Assembly (NCBI GenBank): GCA_050253335.1
Contig: JBFWJG010000002.1
Coordinates: forward strand, 1-64,000
Reading direction: 5' to 3'
Origin: Deferribacterales bacterium
GTDB taxonomy: Bacteria; Chrysiogenota; Deferribacteres; Deferribacterales; Geovibrionaceae
Length of the DNA: 64,000 nt
Part shown: positions 8,939 to 19,274 of the stretch, in pieces
Layout of the letters: each line of letters starts with the position of its first letter
How positions within the stretch are numbered: the stretch's first letter is position 1
Program-made: the position numbers and the translations under genes
The notes under the pieces: generated by a model
Told to the model about the DNA's origin: nothing
What the model saw: the letters and a program-made list of their open reading frames with translations, nothing else
Database searches by the model: none

Positions 8939-9004
8939 GAGACTCTTCGCATACGCTCAGAGTGACCTTTATGGCGTGTCATCCTGAACGCGGTGAAAGA
9001 TCTC
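8939..9004. repeat. Pair of inverted (C)GTCA-type REP-like elements
   Basis: GAGACTCTTCGCATACGCTCAGAGTGAC (8939-8966) and GTCATCCTGAACGCGGTGAAAGATCTC (8978-9004) are near reverse complements. A related copy lies at 43219. Confidence 0.65.
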
Positions 9005-9068
9005 ATGCTAATCAGACCCCAAGGCTCAAACAGCTCCAAGGACGGTTTCAACAAAAAGAAAGCCTGAT

Positions 9069-12000
9069 TCAGGCTTTCTTCCTTCTGAATATTCCCGTTG
9101 AAGCGTAAGAGTACAGTACAGGAACAACAATCAGCGTGAGAACAGTGGCAAAGGACAGCCCGAATATTATCGCGACCGCCATCGAACTCCACCATTCTGC
9201 GGTTTCAGAACCGATTTCCCACGCCAGCCTGCGGAAGCTGAAGCTTACTCCGGTTGCCATGGGCAGCATCCCGAGAATTGTGGTCACGGCTGTCAGAAGC
9301 ACAGGACGGAGGCGTGTTCTGCCCGCTGTGCGTATGGCCTCATCAGGCTCCATGCCGGATGCCCGAAGCTGGTTGGCGTAATCTATAAGAACAATGGCGT
9401 TGTTCACCACAACTCCGGCAAGGGATATCACCCCCACGCCTGTCATGATAATGCCGAACGGCATACGCATAATCAGCAGACCCATCAGCACGCCTGAGAG
9501 CGAAAGCACCACTGAAGTGAGAACTATCCCCGACTGGCGTATGGAGTTGAACTGAGTCACAAGAACAAGAGCTATCAGAAACAGAGCAACTACAAAGGCT
9601 TTCTCCAGAAACGCCGTTGCCTTCTGCTGTTCCTCCTGCTCACCGGAATATTTTATGCCGTAGCCGTTCGGGAGCTCAATTTTTGCAACCTTCTGCATTA
9701 TCTCCTGCAACGCGTCAGCGCTGTTGCGCCCCTCAACTCCGGCACTGACGGTAATAACCCTTTTGCCGTCCTTGCGTTTTATGGAGCCGTAGCCGGTTCC
9801 TGTCTCAACCTGAGCAATCTCTGAAAGGGGAACAGGATCCCCGTTCGAATTGGGAACAAGAAGATTGGCGATATCCGCCACGCTCTGTCTTCTGTCCTCA
9901 GGCAGACGGGCTATGATGTCATATTCCTCGTCCCCTTCCCTGTAAACCCCGAGCTTGTAGCCTCCGATCGCCGCCTTGAGGGTGTACGATATATCCGATG
10001 TGGAAAGGCCTAGAAGGGCGGCTTTCTCCCTGTCCACACGCACTCTTATCTCAGGCTTCGACTTAACAAGGTTGTCCTTGAGATCCACTATTCCGTAAAC
10101 CTCCTTCACCTCAGCCTTAACCTGATTTGTGATACGCTCAAGGACGCTCACGTCCTCCCCGCCTATCTCTATGCTCACAGGGTCGCCCACCGGCGGCCCG
10201 TTTTCCTCTTTCTCCACTTTTATCTCAGCGCCGGGGAAAAACTGCAGTTTCTCTCTCAGCCTGTCCAGAACATCACTGCTTTTTCCTTCACGGTCCTCTT
10301 TCTCATGGAAGCGGATGCTCACCCTGCCGTGGTTTGAGAGCCTGCTTGAACCTTCCTCACCGCTGGGGGTTATGCCGCTGTCCGCTATGATGTATTTCAC
10401 ATCCGGCTCGGACATGACCATCTGCTCGACTATGTTCACATAGCTGTCCGTCACCTCAAGCCTTGTGCCTTCGGGAGCCTTGACCCCGACATACGCCCTT
10501 TTCGGCTGAGTGTCCGGAAAAAGCTCCACACCGCTGTTGAAAGCGCCGAAAAGAATAAGTATCACAAACATTCCGCCGAAAGCGCCCAGAACGGCAACCC
10601 ATCTGCGGCGGAGGGCGAAATCAAGGCTTCTGAGATACATGCGCACGAACAGGGAGTCCTTTCCGTCATCCTCGTACGCCTTCTCCCTTTTATTTGACAT
10701 GAAAACAGCGCATATAACCGGATTGAACACAAGCGCAACAAAAAGCGAGGAGGTGAGGGTGACTATCAGCGTAAGCGGGAGAAACTTCATGAACTCGCCC
10801 ATGATATCCGGCCAGAAAAGCATCGGAGCAAATGCGCAGAGCGTTGTCACTGTGGAACTTATAATCGGCCAGCCCACTTCAGAGGCGGCGATGGACGCGG
10901 CCTCGTTCCGCTCTTTTCCTTCCTGTATGTGGCGGTAGATGTTTTCAACAATAACTATGGCGTTGTCCACAAGCATCCCCAGAGCAAGGATCAGGCTGAA
11001 AAGAACAACCATGTTCAGAGTTATCCCCATCACCTGAAGCACGGTGAACGAAAGCAGCATGGAGAAAGGTATTGCCGCGGCGACAAAGAATGAGCTTCTC
11101 TTGCCGAGGAACATGAACAGGACAAGCACAACCAGAACAAGTCCGGACATTATGTTGTTTTCAAGCTCCTCCACCATCATCCTTATATCATCCGACTGAT
11201 CTTCGGTGATGGTCAGGTGAACCCCTGCGGGCACAAGGGTGCGGGCTATGTCAAGAATTGCCTTAACACGGTCGGAGACCTCGATTATGTTTTCTCCGGC
11301 GCGTTTTTTTATCTCTATGGAAACCGCCAGATCGCCGTTCAGACGGGAGTAGCTCTCTCTGTCCTCGAAAGTGTCCTCCACGTGGGCGACATCTTTCAGG
11401 TATATGGGCTTTCCGTTCCTCGCAAGAAGGACAAGGTTGTCTATTATGGCGGGGTCCTTAAACTCTCCGGGAATGCGCAGAAGGTATTTCCCCCCGCCCA
11501 TGTCCATGGTTCCGCCGGGGATATTTACATTTTCCCGCTGAACCGCCGCGGCTATTTCGCTGAAAGAGAGTCCGTAAGCGGTGAGCCTTTCCTGATCGAA
11601 CACAACGCGGATCTGCCTTTCGCGTCCGCCGTTGACAACAACCTCCAGCACGCCCTGAACGCTCTCCACCTCATCCTTGAGATCCTCTGCCACCTCTTTG
11701 AGGATATATTCCGGCACATCCCCGTGAACAGCTATCTTCATTATGGGAAATTCCGAAAGGTTTATCTCCATGATCATCGGATCATTTTCCAGATCAGCGG
11801 GCAGATCCCCCTTCGCCTGGTCAACCTTGTCACGAACCCACTGCATGGCGCTGTCTATATCGGTGTCCGCTATGAACTCCACAACTATTATGGAGGCGCC
11901 CTCCGAACTGGTGGCTCTTATCTCCTTGACATTCTTGATCCCTTTGAGCTTGCGCTCGACCGGAAGGGTGATGAGGCTTTCAATATCCTCCGGCGCGACA

Positions 12001-12158
12001 CCCTCATACTCCGTTACCACCAGAACATAAGGTATGGTGATATCCGGATCGGACTCGCGGGGGAGGGTTATGTATGAATACATGCCGACGATTATGAACA
12101 GAATCATCAGCACAAAGACTGTGCTTTTCCTATTCAGGGAGGCGTCTGTGATAAGCAT
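9069..12158 (-). CDS. RND efflux permease (AcrB/AcrD/AcrF family)
   Basis: 1029 aa with GMLVDNAIVIVENI, GVVVNNAIVLID and RLRPVLLT. Confidence 0.95.
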   Translation of the reverse strand: MLITDASLNRKSTVFVLMILFIIVGMYSYITLPRESDPDITIPYVLVVTEYEGVAPEDIESLITLPVERKLKGIKNVKEIRATSSEGASIIVVEFIADTDIDSAMQWVRDKVDQAKGDLPADLENDPMIMEINLSEFPIMKIAVHGDVPEYILKEVAEDLKDEVESVQGVLEVVVNGGRERQIRVVFDQERLTAYGLSFSEIAAAVQRENVNIPGGTMDMGGGKYLLRIPGEFKDPAIIDNLVLLARNGKPIYLKDVAHVEDTFEDRESYSRLNGDLAVSIEIKKRAGENIIEVSDRVKAILDIARTLVPAGVHLTITEDQSDDIRMMVEELENNIMSGLVLVVLVLFMFLGKRSSFFVAAAIPFSMLLSFTVLQVMGITLNMVVLFSLILALGMLVDNAIVIVENIYRHIQEGKERNEAASIAASEVGWPIISSTVTTLCAFAPMLFWPDIMGEFMKFLPLTLIVTLTSSLFVALVFNPVICAVFMSNKREKAYEDDGKDSLFVRMYLRSLDFALRRRWVAVLGAFGGMFVILILFGAFNSGVELFPDTQPKRAYVGVKAPEGTRLEVTDSYVNIVEQMVMSEPDVKYIIADSGITPSGEEGSSRLSNHGRVSIRFHEKEDREGKSSDVLDRLREKLQFFPGAEIKVEKEENGPPVGDPVSIEIGGEDVSVLERITNQVKAEVKEVYGIVDLKDNLVKSKPEIRVRVDREKAALLGLSTSDISYTLKAAIGGYKLGVYREGDEEYDIIARLPEDRRQSVADIANLLVPNSNGDPVPLSEIAQVETGTGYGSIKRKDGKRVITVSAGVEGRNSADALQEIMQKVAKIELPNGYGIKYSGEQEEQQKATAFLEKAFVVALFLIALVLVTQFNSIRQSGIVLTSVVLSLSGVLMGLLIMRMPFGIIMTGVGVISLAGVVVNNAIVLIDYANQLRASGMEPDEAIRTAGRTRLRPVLLTAVTTILGMLPMATGVSFSFRRLAWEIGSETAEWWSSMAVAIIFGLSFATVLTLIVVPVLYSYASTGIFRRKKA

Positions 12159-12164
12159 TTGCGC

Positions 12165-13199
12165 CTACTCCGCCTGAACAGGGGAACCGTCCGCCACAAA
12201 CTGCTGACCCTTGACTATGAGCCTGCCGCCCGCGGAAAGACCTTCCTCGATCACTGCGCTGTCGCCTATAACTGCGGAAACATTCACGGGAATCTGAACT
12301 GCTCTGCCGTCTTTTTCAACAAAGACAACCTTCCCTTCCTGCTTGTCCACAACGCTGAAAACCGGAACAACGAAAACATCCTTAAACTCCCTGCGGAGAA
12401 ACTTTGCGCGGATTATCATACCCGGACGGAGCTTTTCCTTCCCTCCGGTTATCTCTATCTTTACTCTGTATGTCTTTGTGGCTGCTTCGGCCTGTTTTGC
12501 CGTGTATATTATTTTTCCCCTGTACGAATCGCCGTCCTTATTCACCTGCGCCTCGTAAAGATCAACCTCCGCACCCTCGCTCAGATAGCGGATATCCTTC
12601 TCCGGCACATCGACTATAAGCCGCATCCTGTCCGTGTTCACGATGACAGCCACAGGATCCCCCGGGGCGACATACTCGCCGGCGTCAAGATAACGCCTGT
12701 CCAGCCAGCCGCTTATGGGGCTTTTCAGCACCGCTTTTCCGAGCTGTGCCTCGTTGTAGCGCAGGTCTGCCTCTGCCCTCTCAAAAGCGGCAAGCGCCTG
12801 ATCATAGGTCTGTTTGCTGACGGCGTCACTCTCGTAAAGCAGTTTAGCGCGGGCATATTCCTTTTCGGCAAGAGCCAGAACGGCTCTGCTGTTGTCAGCG
12901 GCGGCTTTGTATGTTGATGTATCAAGACTTATCACGGGGGAGCCTTTGGTTATTTTTTCGCCTTCCTCCGCGTAGGTTTTTATCACAGTTCCGCCCAGAT
13001 CAACAGAAACCGTGGCCGATTCCCAGGCCTCAACGGTTCCGGGCAGGGTAAACCAGTCAGGGATTGTTGTTTTTTCCAGAACCGTAACACGGACATCAGC
13101 GGGCTTTTCCTCGTTTTTGCGTGTTTCCGCCTGCTCAGGCTTCTGGCCACTGCACGCGGAAATTATTATACCTAAAAAAAATACAGTCAGTAATCTCAT
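12165..13199 (-). CDS. RND periplasmic adaptor (MFP) lipoprotein
   Basis: Lipobox ISAC, SPISG and LRPGM. Start ATG 13199 with SD GGAG. Confidence 0.9.
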   Translation of the reverse strand: MRLLTVFFLGIIISACSGQKPEQAETRKNEEKPADVRVTVLEKTTIPDWFTLPGTVEAWESATVSVDLGGTVIKTYAEEGEKITKGSPVISLDTSTYKAAADNSRAVLALAEKEYARAKLLYESDAVSKQTYDQALAAFERAEADLRYNEAQLGKAVLKSPISGWLDRRYLDAGEYVAPGDPVAVIVNTDRMRLIVDVPEKDIRYLSEGAEVDLYEAQVNKDGDSYRGKIIYTAKQAEAATKTYRVKIEITGGKEKLRPGMIIRAKFLRREFKDVFVVPVFSVVDKQEGKVVFVEKDGRAVQIPVNVSAVIGDSAVIEEGLSAGGRLIVKGQQFVADGSPVQAE

Positions 13200-13237
13200 G
13201 GGGTCTCCATACAAGGGCAACTATGTTTCCAAAAGAA

Positions 13238-15058
13238 TCATACACTTTTTTTGTCAAAAATAAGCCTGATTTTTGATGCGTATTCATTTAAATCTTCCGC
13301 GGTTTCCTCAATCTTCTGACGGCTGCGGCGTATTGCCGCTCCCTGAATATAGAGCCCGTAATCGCTGACAGGTTCAAAGCCGAATGTTTTGGCCTCTCCC
13401 TTCAGCCTGTGGCCGATGAATTGAATTGATTCGAAATCATCATTATCCAGCAGTTCCCTGATTTTCTGCGGCATCTGCTTCAGGTCTCTGAGGAACAGAG
13501 GCGTAACCTCGGCGAACTCCGGCCTGACATTCACCTCAATAAACCCGTCCTCCCCTTCCTCGGGCATGGAGGGCTTTTCGAGATGCCCGTTACGGAAAAC
13601 AGCCATGGTTTGAAGAAGCGCGTCCCTGCTGAGGGGTTTTGCCACATAAGCGTCACAGCCGGCCTCAAGGCATCTTTTCGCCTCGTGCTCAAGGCTGTAG
13701 GCGGTTATCGCGATGACAGGTGTGCGCCCCCGCCCTGTGCCCGCCTCAAAAGCACGTATCTCCTTCGTGAGTTCATAGCCGTTCATACGGGGCATCTGTA
13801 TATCCGTGAGCACCATGTCGTATCTGTTTTTTGAGAACAGCTCAAGGGCGGCGAAACCGCTGTCCGCGTAATCAACCGAACAGCCTGTTCCTTCAAGATA
13901 GGATTCGGTCACAAACCTGTTGTATTCCGAATCATCCGCAAGAAGAACTCTGTATGCGCCGAATCTCTCTTCAGGCAGGGGAGGTTCCCTCTCCGTTTTT
14001 TCCCCTTTCTGCGCTCCATCATCCGTCCGCGGGGAAGCTTCCGGCTCAGTCTTACTCTTTTTCGCAGAAAGACGTTTTTCCGCAATGCAGTTCAGCATAA
14101 AAAACAGAAGAACTCCGCAGAGACCCACAGCCGCAATGGCTGCATAGGCGGATTTCATGACAGAATCCCCCGCACCTGCGAAGTTGTAGACAATCTCCAG
14201 AAAATAAGTTTCCGTAAAGTTCCCTTCGGAGTCTTTGAGCCTGAAGGCTGAATATTCATACAGTCTGCCGTTTTTCTCCAGCTCCAGAACTCCGCCGTCC
14301 CGCAGACGCTCCGCCTCCGAGCTCTCAATGGGGAGCTCATGTCTGAAATTAAAAAGCGAAAATCCGGAGACACGGAACTTCGTGAACACGTCTATATTCT
14401 CGGTGTATACGCAGGAGGCGGTGAGCTCTTTGAAGAAGTCCCTGAAATAGTAGTCATAAACCTTTCTGCCGTGCTCCTCCGAGATGAAATCCTCAAGATA
14501 CACGGCTGTTTCAACTATGTATGTGCTTCCTTTGGGGCTGTAGTATGAAAACATTGTGGGGCGTCCGGTGACCATGCCTATGGTGAGTCTTCCGTGGGCG
14601 AAGGCTCCTCTGCCGTAGAGATCCGTCAGGAACTCACCCAGATTTTTTCCGGCTCTGATGAGGTTAACCCCCTGTTCCTTGCGGTTTGAGGTGCTGAAAA
14701 TCACTCCGTTTGAGTTGACAAGATAAATCTCGCCGATTCCGAGCCCGTCCGCCAGCCTGCGGAGAGTTTCAGGCTCTGCGGGGATACCCTTTGCGGCTGA
14801 TTCGCCCAGAATAGCGTCAATTGCCGTCAGGGCTTTCTCAGCGCGCACCTCCATCTTGTCCGCCACCACCAGCATAAACAGGTCAAAGTTCTTCAGCTTG
14901 TCCCCGACCTGTGCGCGGACGGTTTTTCTCTGTCCGTCAATTATATGACGGATTGAGCTTTCCGCCTTGCGGAGTATGAAAGCAGACGCGGCAAAAACTA
15001 AAAGGAATGCAATGATAAAATTTAAAATAAAGGTCTTTCTTTTCACAAAACGGCTCAC
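13238..15058 (-). CDS. Membrane sensor fused to REC and HPt domains, with no kinase core
   Basis: TM, about 270 aa periplasmic domain, TM, short charged linker, REC (LADD, TDIQMP, TA, KP) and HPt (GHRLKGEAKTFG). Confidence 0.85.
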   Translation of the reverse strand: MSRFVKRKTFILNFIIAFLLVFAASAFILRKAESSIRHIIDGQRKTVRAQVGDKLKNFDLFMLVVADKMEVRAEKALTAIDAILGESAAKGIPAEPETLRRLADGLGIGEIYLVNSNGVIFSTSNRKEQGVNLIRAGKNLGEFLTDLYGRGAFAHGRLTIGMVTGRPTMFSYYSPKGSTYIVETAVYLEDFISEEHGRKVYDYYFRDFFKELTASCVYTENIDVFTKFRVSGFSLFNFRHELPIESSEAERLRDGGVLELEKNGRLYEYSAFRLKDSEGNFTETYFLEIVYNFAGAGDSVMKSAYAAIAAVGLCGVLLFFMLNCIAEKRLSAKKSKTEPEASPRTDDGAQKGEKTEREPPLPEERFGAYRVLLADDSEYNRFVTESYLEGTGCSVDYADSGFAALELFSKNRYDMVLTDIQMPRMNGYELTKEIRAFEAGTGRGRTPVIAITAYSLEHEAKRCLEAGCDAYVAKPLSRDALLQTMAVFRNGHLEKPSMPEEGEDGFIEVNVRPEFAEVTPLFLRDLKQMPQKIRELLDNDDFESIQFIGHRLKGEAKTFGFEPVSDYGLYIQGAAIRRSRQKIEETAEDLNEYASKIRLIFDKKSV

Positions 15059-15127
15059 TTATCTTTAATTCTAGCATTAAATAAGCGTTTAAGCGAGAGC
15101 CTGAAGCAAAAAAACAGATGAACGGGG

Positions 15128-16000
15128 TCAGTTTTTTGAAACACTGCCCAGATATATGGCCGCCATTGCAAGCAGTGCGCCTGTTATATCGGTGAGGGTG
15201 ACTGCCTTCGAGAAGATCAGAACCTCCCACACCCAGGAAAGCGTCGGCTGAAGCAAAAGCACAAGCCCCACCACGCTGAGCCTCACGGATCTTATCGCCC
15301 CTGTGATCAGAACCCAGCCCACACCCTGACAGATAAAGCCGTAGACAAGGAGTATGCCCAAATCCCTTGTGCTTTCAACTGCCGGATTTTCACCCATCAG
15401 AAAAACAGCGCCGAACAGATAAACAGCACTCGCCGCACAAGCAGAGGCTATGGAGGCTGTTTTGTCCAGAGGTCTGGCTGTCTGGGAGGACTTCTTGATG
15501 AAGATTGTGAAGCCCGCGTAGAAAACCCCTGCGATAAGACTTGCCGCAACCCCTGTGCGGAAATCCCCGCCGGAGAGGCTCCACCCCGGGCTCACTAGGA
15601 GATAAAGACCTGCCACAGCGAGAAGCATAGCAAGAAGCAGACGTCCGGAAACACGCTTTTTCTCCACGGCGACATCATAGGCGGCGAGAAAGAACACCTG
15701 AAAATTTGCCAGCAGGGTCGCAAGCCCGGGCCCTATATAATCTATTCCCGTGTGCCAGAATACCATGTCCGTTCCGAGAAGCACTCCGGCAAAGGCGGAG
15801 TAAATCATAGAGCGTCCGAAGCTGAAGCGGCTGCCGGTAAAAAAAGCCAGTGCTATGAGAAACACGGCTCCGAACATCATGCGGTAGAAACCGTTCACCA
15901 CCGGAGCTTCCGTGGAGAGGCGCGCGAAGATAGAGGAAAAACTGATTATGAACGCGCCCGCCGTGAGACCGGCGAGGGGGTGCTTTGTCAGGCTTCCCAA
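15128..16000 (-). CDS. DMT/EamA-family transporter
   Basis: About 10 TM segments, FYRMMFG and duplicated EamA pattern. Confidence 0.88.
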   Translation of the reverse strand: MGSLTKHPLAGLTAGAFIISFSSIFARLSTEAPVVNGFYRMMFGAVFLIALAFFTGSRFSFGRSMIYSAFAGVLLGTDMVFWHTGIDYIGPGLATLLANFQVFFLAAYDVAVEKKRVSGRLLLAMLLAVAGLYLLVSPGWSLSGGDFRTGVAASLIAGVFYAGFTIFIKKSSQTARPLDKTASIASACAASAVYLFGAVFLMGENPAVESTRDLGILLVYGFICQGVGWVLITGAIRSVRLSVVGLVLLLQPTLSWVWEVLIFSKAVTLTDITGALLAMAAIYLGSVSKN

Positions 16001-16002
16001 AA

Positions 16003-17109
16003 TCAGTTCCTTTCAAAAGACGGTATACGCTCCGTTCCGGTGCTGAAAAACAGACTGCGGAGGAAGAAGGCATAGGCAATAACAGCGGCTATCCCCGCTG
16101 AGGCGTAATAATACCCAAGAGGAGCAAGAAGCACCACTATCACCCAGTGAAGAAGGATGGTTTTGCCGGAATGGAGCCTTATGGGAAAGTCGTTGAACCT
16201 GCATATCACCGCGAGTCCGCTGAGGTTCCAGCCGTAAAGAGCGGTTATCCGGTGGAAGTTCAGCACCAGTGCCTTGTTTTCGGGGCTGTGCATATTGAGC
16301 GCGTAAAGCAGTATATAGGCTATCCCCGTGACCGCGGTAATCATAAGAAAGAATATCCCCGAAGTGAGGAACGATTTCTGCTGTTCCCTCATTCCGAGGG
16401 TGACATACATTATCAGCACATTGCACACGGCAATGAAAAGTATTGACGATACCACAAGCTCAAGCACAACAGATTCCATGAGGATGAACACAAAGAAGAT
16501 GATGACACCCATGTTTATAACCCAGAAGCTCATGAGCTTGAGAAACCTCTTAAACGGAGTGCGCCCCTTGTGCATCAGCGTGAAAATAAGGCTGAAAGTT
16601 ATCAGCGACAAAGGAAAGGAAAAACCTAGGAAGAATGTGTTCAGCGTGAGCTTTTCGAAGTCCAGCACACGGTAATATTCCTCGTTCACTATGGCGAAGG
16701 CGGAAATCAGAAGTCCGGAGGAGAGACAAAGCAGGGAGGCCTGATGAAACTTCACCGCGGTCGGAACCATAGTAGTGAAAAAGTCTTTGGGGAAAACTGA
16801 GAATTTTTTAATCCTGATGTATTCCACAATGGGAATCATGCACAGTGAGACAGCTATGGCAGGCGCATACAGCTCCATTGAGGAAAGAACGGCGTACACA
16901 AACGAGAGGACGAAGAATGTCTTCACCCTGATGCTGGGTGTCCCCAGCCCTTCCGTGAAATAAAGGACAATTGTGCCCCCCGTGCACAGATTGAACAGGA
17001 AAATATGAAGCCGCTCAAAGTGGTATTCCGGAAAAAAGTGGAACATATATCCGAAAAGTAGCGCGGCGGTCATCATTATTGAGAAAAGAAGCTTTATATT
17101 CCGTGTCAT
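16003..17109 (-). CDS. Polytopic membrane protein of unknown function
   Basis: 368 aa with about 12 hydrophobic segments, tightly coupled to its neighbours. Confidence 0.8.
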   Translation of the reverse strand: MTRNIKLLFSIMMTAALLFGYMFHFFPEYHFERLHIFLFNLCTGGTIVLYFTEGLGTPSIRVKTFFVLSFVYAVLSSMELYAPAIAVSLCMIPIVEYIRIKKFSVFPKDFFTTMVPTAVKFHQASLLCLSSGLLISAFAIVNEEYYRVLDFEKLTLNTFFLGFSFPLSLITFSLIFTLMHKGRTPFKRFLKLMSFWVINMGVIIFFVFILMESVVLELVVSSILFIAVCNVLIMYVTLGMREQQKSFLTSGIFFLMITAVTGIAYILLYALNMHSPENKALVLNFHRITALYGWNLSGLAVICRFNDFPIRLHSGKTILLHWVIVVLLAPLGYYYASAGIAAVIAYAFFLRSLFFSTGTERIPSFERN

Positions 17110-18473
17110 AATATTTTTCCGAGAAGATGCCTGAGAGCATTCTCAAGCCTGGGATAACCGAACTCATAGCCGGTGTCCGTCAATTTTTTCGGCTGAACCC
17201 GTGCTCCGCTCAGCAGAACCTCCCTGCCCATCTGTCCGTAAACCAGCCTGATGAGCCATGCGGGAATCCTGAACCTTGCCTTTGTGCCCAGCACTTTGCC
17301 GAGGGTGCGGGCGAACTCCTTCATTGTAACATGCTCGGGAGCGGTGAGGTTAACGGCGCCTTCAGCCTCTTCATTATGAATGCAGTGGGCAATTCCCCGC
17401 ACAACATCATCCATGGCGATCCAACTCAGCACCTGATCCCCTCTGCCCGGCCAGCATCCCAGCCCCATGCGGAAAAACGGCAAGAACCTCCGCAATGCTC
17501 CGCCGGAAGGGGTAAGGGCAACGCCGATGCGCACAAAAACCACCCTCACGCCACGGTCAGCGGCGGGCTTTGCCGCTTCCTCCCATTTTCCGCACAAATC
17601 AGCTATGAAGCCTTTACCCGCGGGGGAGTGCTCGTCCAGAATCTCTGTGCCCCGATCACCGTAGTAGCCTATGGCTGATGCGCATATGAGCACGGGGGGC
17701 GGATTGTCCATCTTTGATATAAACTCGGCTATCAGCCTTGTGCCTTCCACACGGCTGTCCGTTATCTTTTTCTTTTTCGCTTTCGACCAGCGGCCTTCCC
17801 CTATGGGTTCCCCCGCAAGGTGAATCACAGCATCGCACCCGCCGAAGCAGTTGTCAATCTCGCAGGTGTCGGGGTTCCATGAAAACTCGAACTCGGAATC
17901 GCTCTGGCGGCGCACAAGCCTTTTCACGCTGTGCCCCTGTGTGGTGAGAAACGGAACCAGATACCGCCCCACCTGTCCGCCCGCGCCGGAAACAACTATA
18001 TTAAGCTTCTCCGGCCTGTATTTATTCATGAAGCTGATGTCCCCTTCCGTCACCCTGTGGCGGTAGGCGAACATTTTCTCAAGTTTGGCGGTTACATATC
18101 TGCCCGCGATTATGTCGGACAGGGGAGAAAAGGGGAGTCTGTAGGTTATGCAGTCCTCAAGGGCGCTTCCCCCGCCGCACTCGAAAAAAACATGGCGGTG
18201 TTCCCACTCTTTGAAAGGGCCTTTTTCCATAACATCCGTAAATTCTTCGGGATAATTGTAGTTTTTGTGAAGCGCGTGCCACTCCGTGCTGAAAGGCCCC
18301 GCCTTCACCCTCATCCTCACGAACGAGCCGTCGGCTATTCCGCCTCTGCGCTCCAGAACGCTGACATCCTCCCAAGGAGGGACAAGACGGCCTATGGCGC
18401 CGTAACGCCCGTGCCAGTCGAAAAGCTGCTCTCTGGGGCAGTCAAAGGATTTTCTTTTCCTGAAAACAGCCAT
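17106..18473 (-). CDS. TIGR01777-family NAD-dependent epimerase-like protein with N-terminal SRPBCC/cyclase domain
   Basis: RLVPPWE...GPFKEWEHRH N-terminal domain, then SGAGGQVG, IHLAGEPI, SAIGYYG and SWIAMDD. Confidence 0.88.
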   Translation of the reverse strand: MAVFRKRKSFDCPREQLFDWHGRYGAIGRLVPPWEDVSVLERRGGIADGSFVRMRVKAGPFSTEWHALHKNYNYPEEFTDVMEKGPFKEWEHRHVFFECGGGSALEDCITYRLPFSPLSDIIAGRYVTAKLEKMFAYRHRVTEGDISFMNKYRPEKLNIVVSGAGGQVGRYLVPFLTTQGHSVKRLVRRQSDSEFEFSWNPDTCEIDNCFGGCDAVIHLAGEPIGEGRWSKAKKKKITDSRVEGTRLIAEFISKMDNPPPVLICASAIGYYGDRGTEILDEHSPAGKGFIADLCGKWEEAAKPAADRGVRVVFVRIGVALTPSGGALRRFLPFFRMGLGCWPGRGDQVLSWIAMDDVVRGIAHCIHNEEAEGAVNLTAPEHVTMKEFARTLGKVLGTKARFRIPAWLIRLVYGQMGREVLLSGARVQPKKLTDTGYEFGYPRLENALRHLLGKIL

Positions 18474-18766
18474 CAGATCACCTTAACCCTTTCAAGATAC
18501 TGCAATAAGCTCGAAGCACGCTCCTTCAGCCCGTCCGCGTCCTCGGTTTCAGCCAGAAACATCATCTCCGCTCCGGCCGTGCTCACCTCATCCAGACCGT
18601 ATGCTCCGCCTTCCCCTTTCATCCTGTGGGCAATAAGAGATATTTCCCCGAACGCACCTTCAGAAGCGAGGGAAACCACGGCTGAGCAGTTTTTCATCAC
18701 ATGTTCAATATAGCCCTGAGCATGGGGAAGAAGCGCTTTATCAACTTTTATAAATACTGTTTCCAT
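18473..18766 (-). CDS. Stand-alone HPt domain protein
   Basis: 97 aa with AHRMKGEGGAYG. Confidence 0.85.
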   Translation of the reverse strand: METVFIKVDKALLPHAQGYIEHVMKNCSAVVSLASEGAFGEISLIAHRMKGEGGAYGLDEVSTAGAEMMFLAETEDADGLKERASSLLQYLERVKVI

Positions 18767-18898
18767 ATACTGCCTTTAGTTTACCAGAAACAAATCGGCC
18801 GAAAAACAGATTCCATTCGTTAAATTTTACTTAGCCTGAAAAGCTTTATGCGTAAAACAAAAAAATCGGCCTCCGGTTTACATTTTTAATAATTCAGG

Positions 18899-18941
18899 TT
18901 GACTTTCACCTCATGTTATATATATAAATATCCATATATAA
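18899..18941 (+). promoter_or_regulatory. Promoter with overlapping ArsR-type operator
   Basis: TTGACT -35 element, and inverted repeat TTATATAT-N10-ATATATAA (18916-18941) over the -10 region. Confidence 0.55.
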
Positions 18942-18965
18942 ACTAATGTTTATTCGGAGGAGAAT

Positions 18966-19274
18966 ATGGATTTATCATGGCTTGACATCTATTCAGAAAA
19001 GCTCAAGGCACTGGGGCACCCCGTGAGGCTGAAGCTTGTGATGGGGCTCATGGGTAATGAGTGCAACGTGACCAAAATATGCAAGGGGCTCAAAATCCCC
19101 CAGGCTACCACAAGCCAGCATCTGGCTATTCTCAAAAACAAAGGAATAATCAAAGGACGCAGAGACGGCACAAGCATCTGCTACAGCATAGAAGACGAAG
19201 CGATCAAAAAAATGCTCAAAATACTCATGGAGGAAACGGGATGCGATTTGGGAGACTGCCATCCGGAGGATTAA
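18966..19274 (+). CDS. ArsR/SmtB-family repressor (Cys-rich, BigR/SqrR-like context)
   Basis: LKALGHPVRL, SQHLAILK, RDGTSICYS; 5 Cys. Confidence 0.92.
   Translation: MDLSWLDIYSEKLKALGHPVRLKLVMGLMGNECNVTKICKGLKIPQATTSQHLAILKNKGIIKGRRDGTSICYSIEDEAIKKMLKILMEETGCDLGDCHPED

Noticed and set aside
19061..19240. N-terminal extension of the 502-aa TolC ORF
   Set aside because: It lies inside the ArsR gene; the SD and signal peptide point to ATG 19241.
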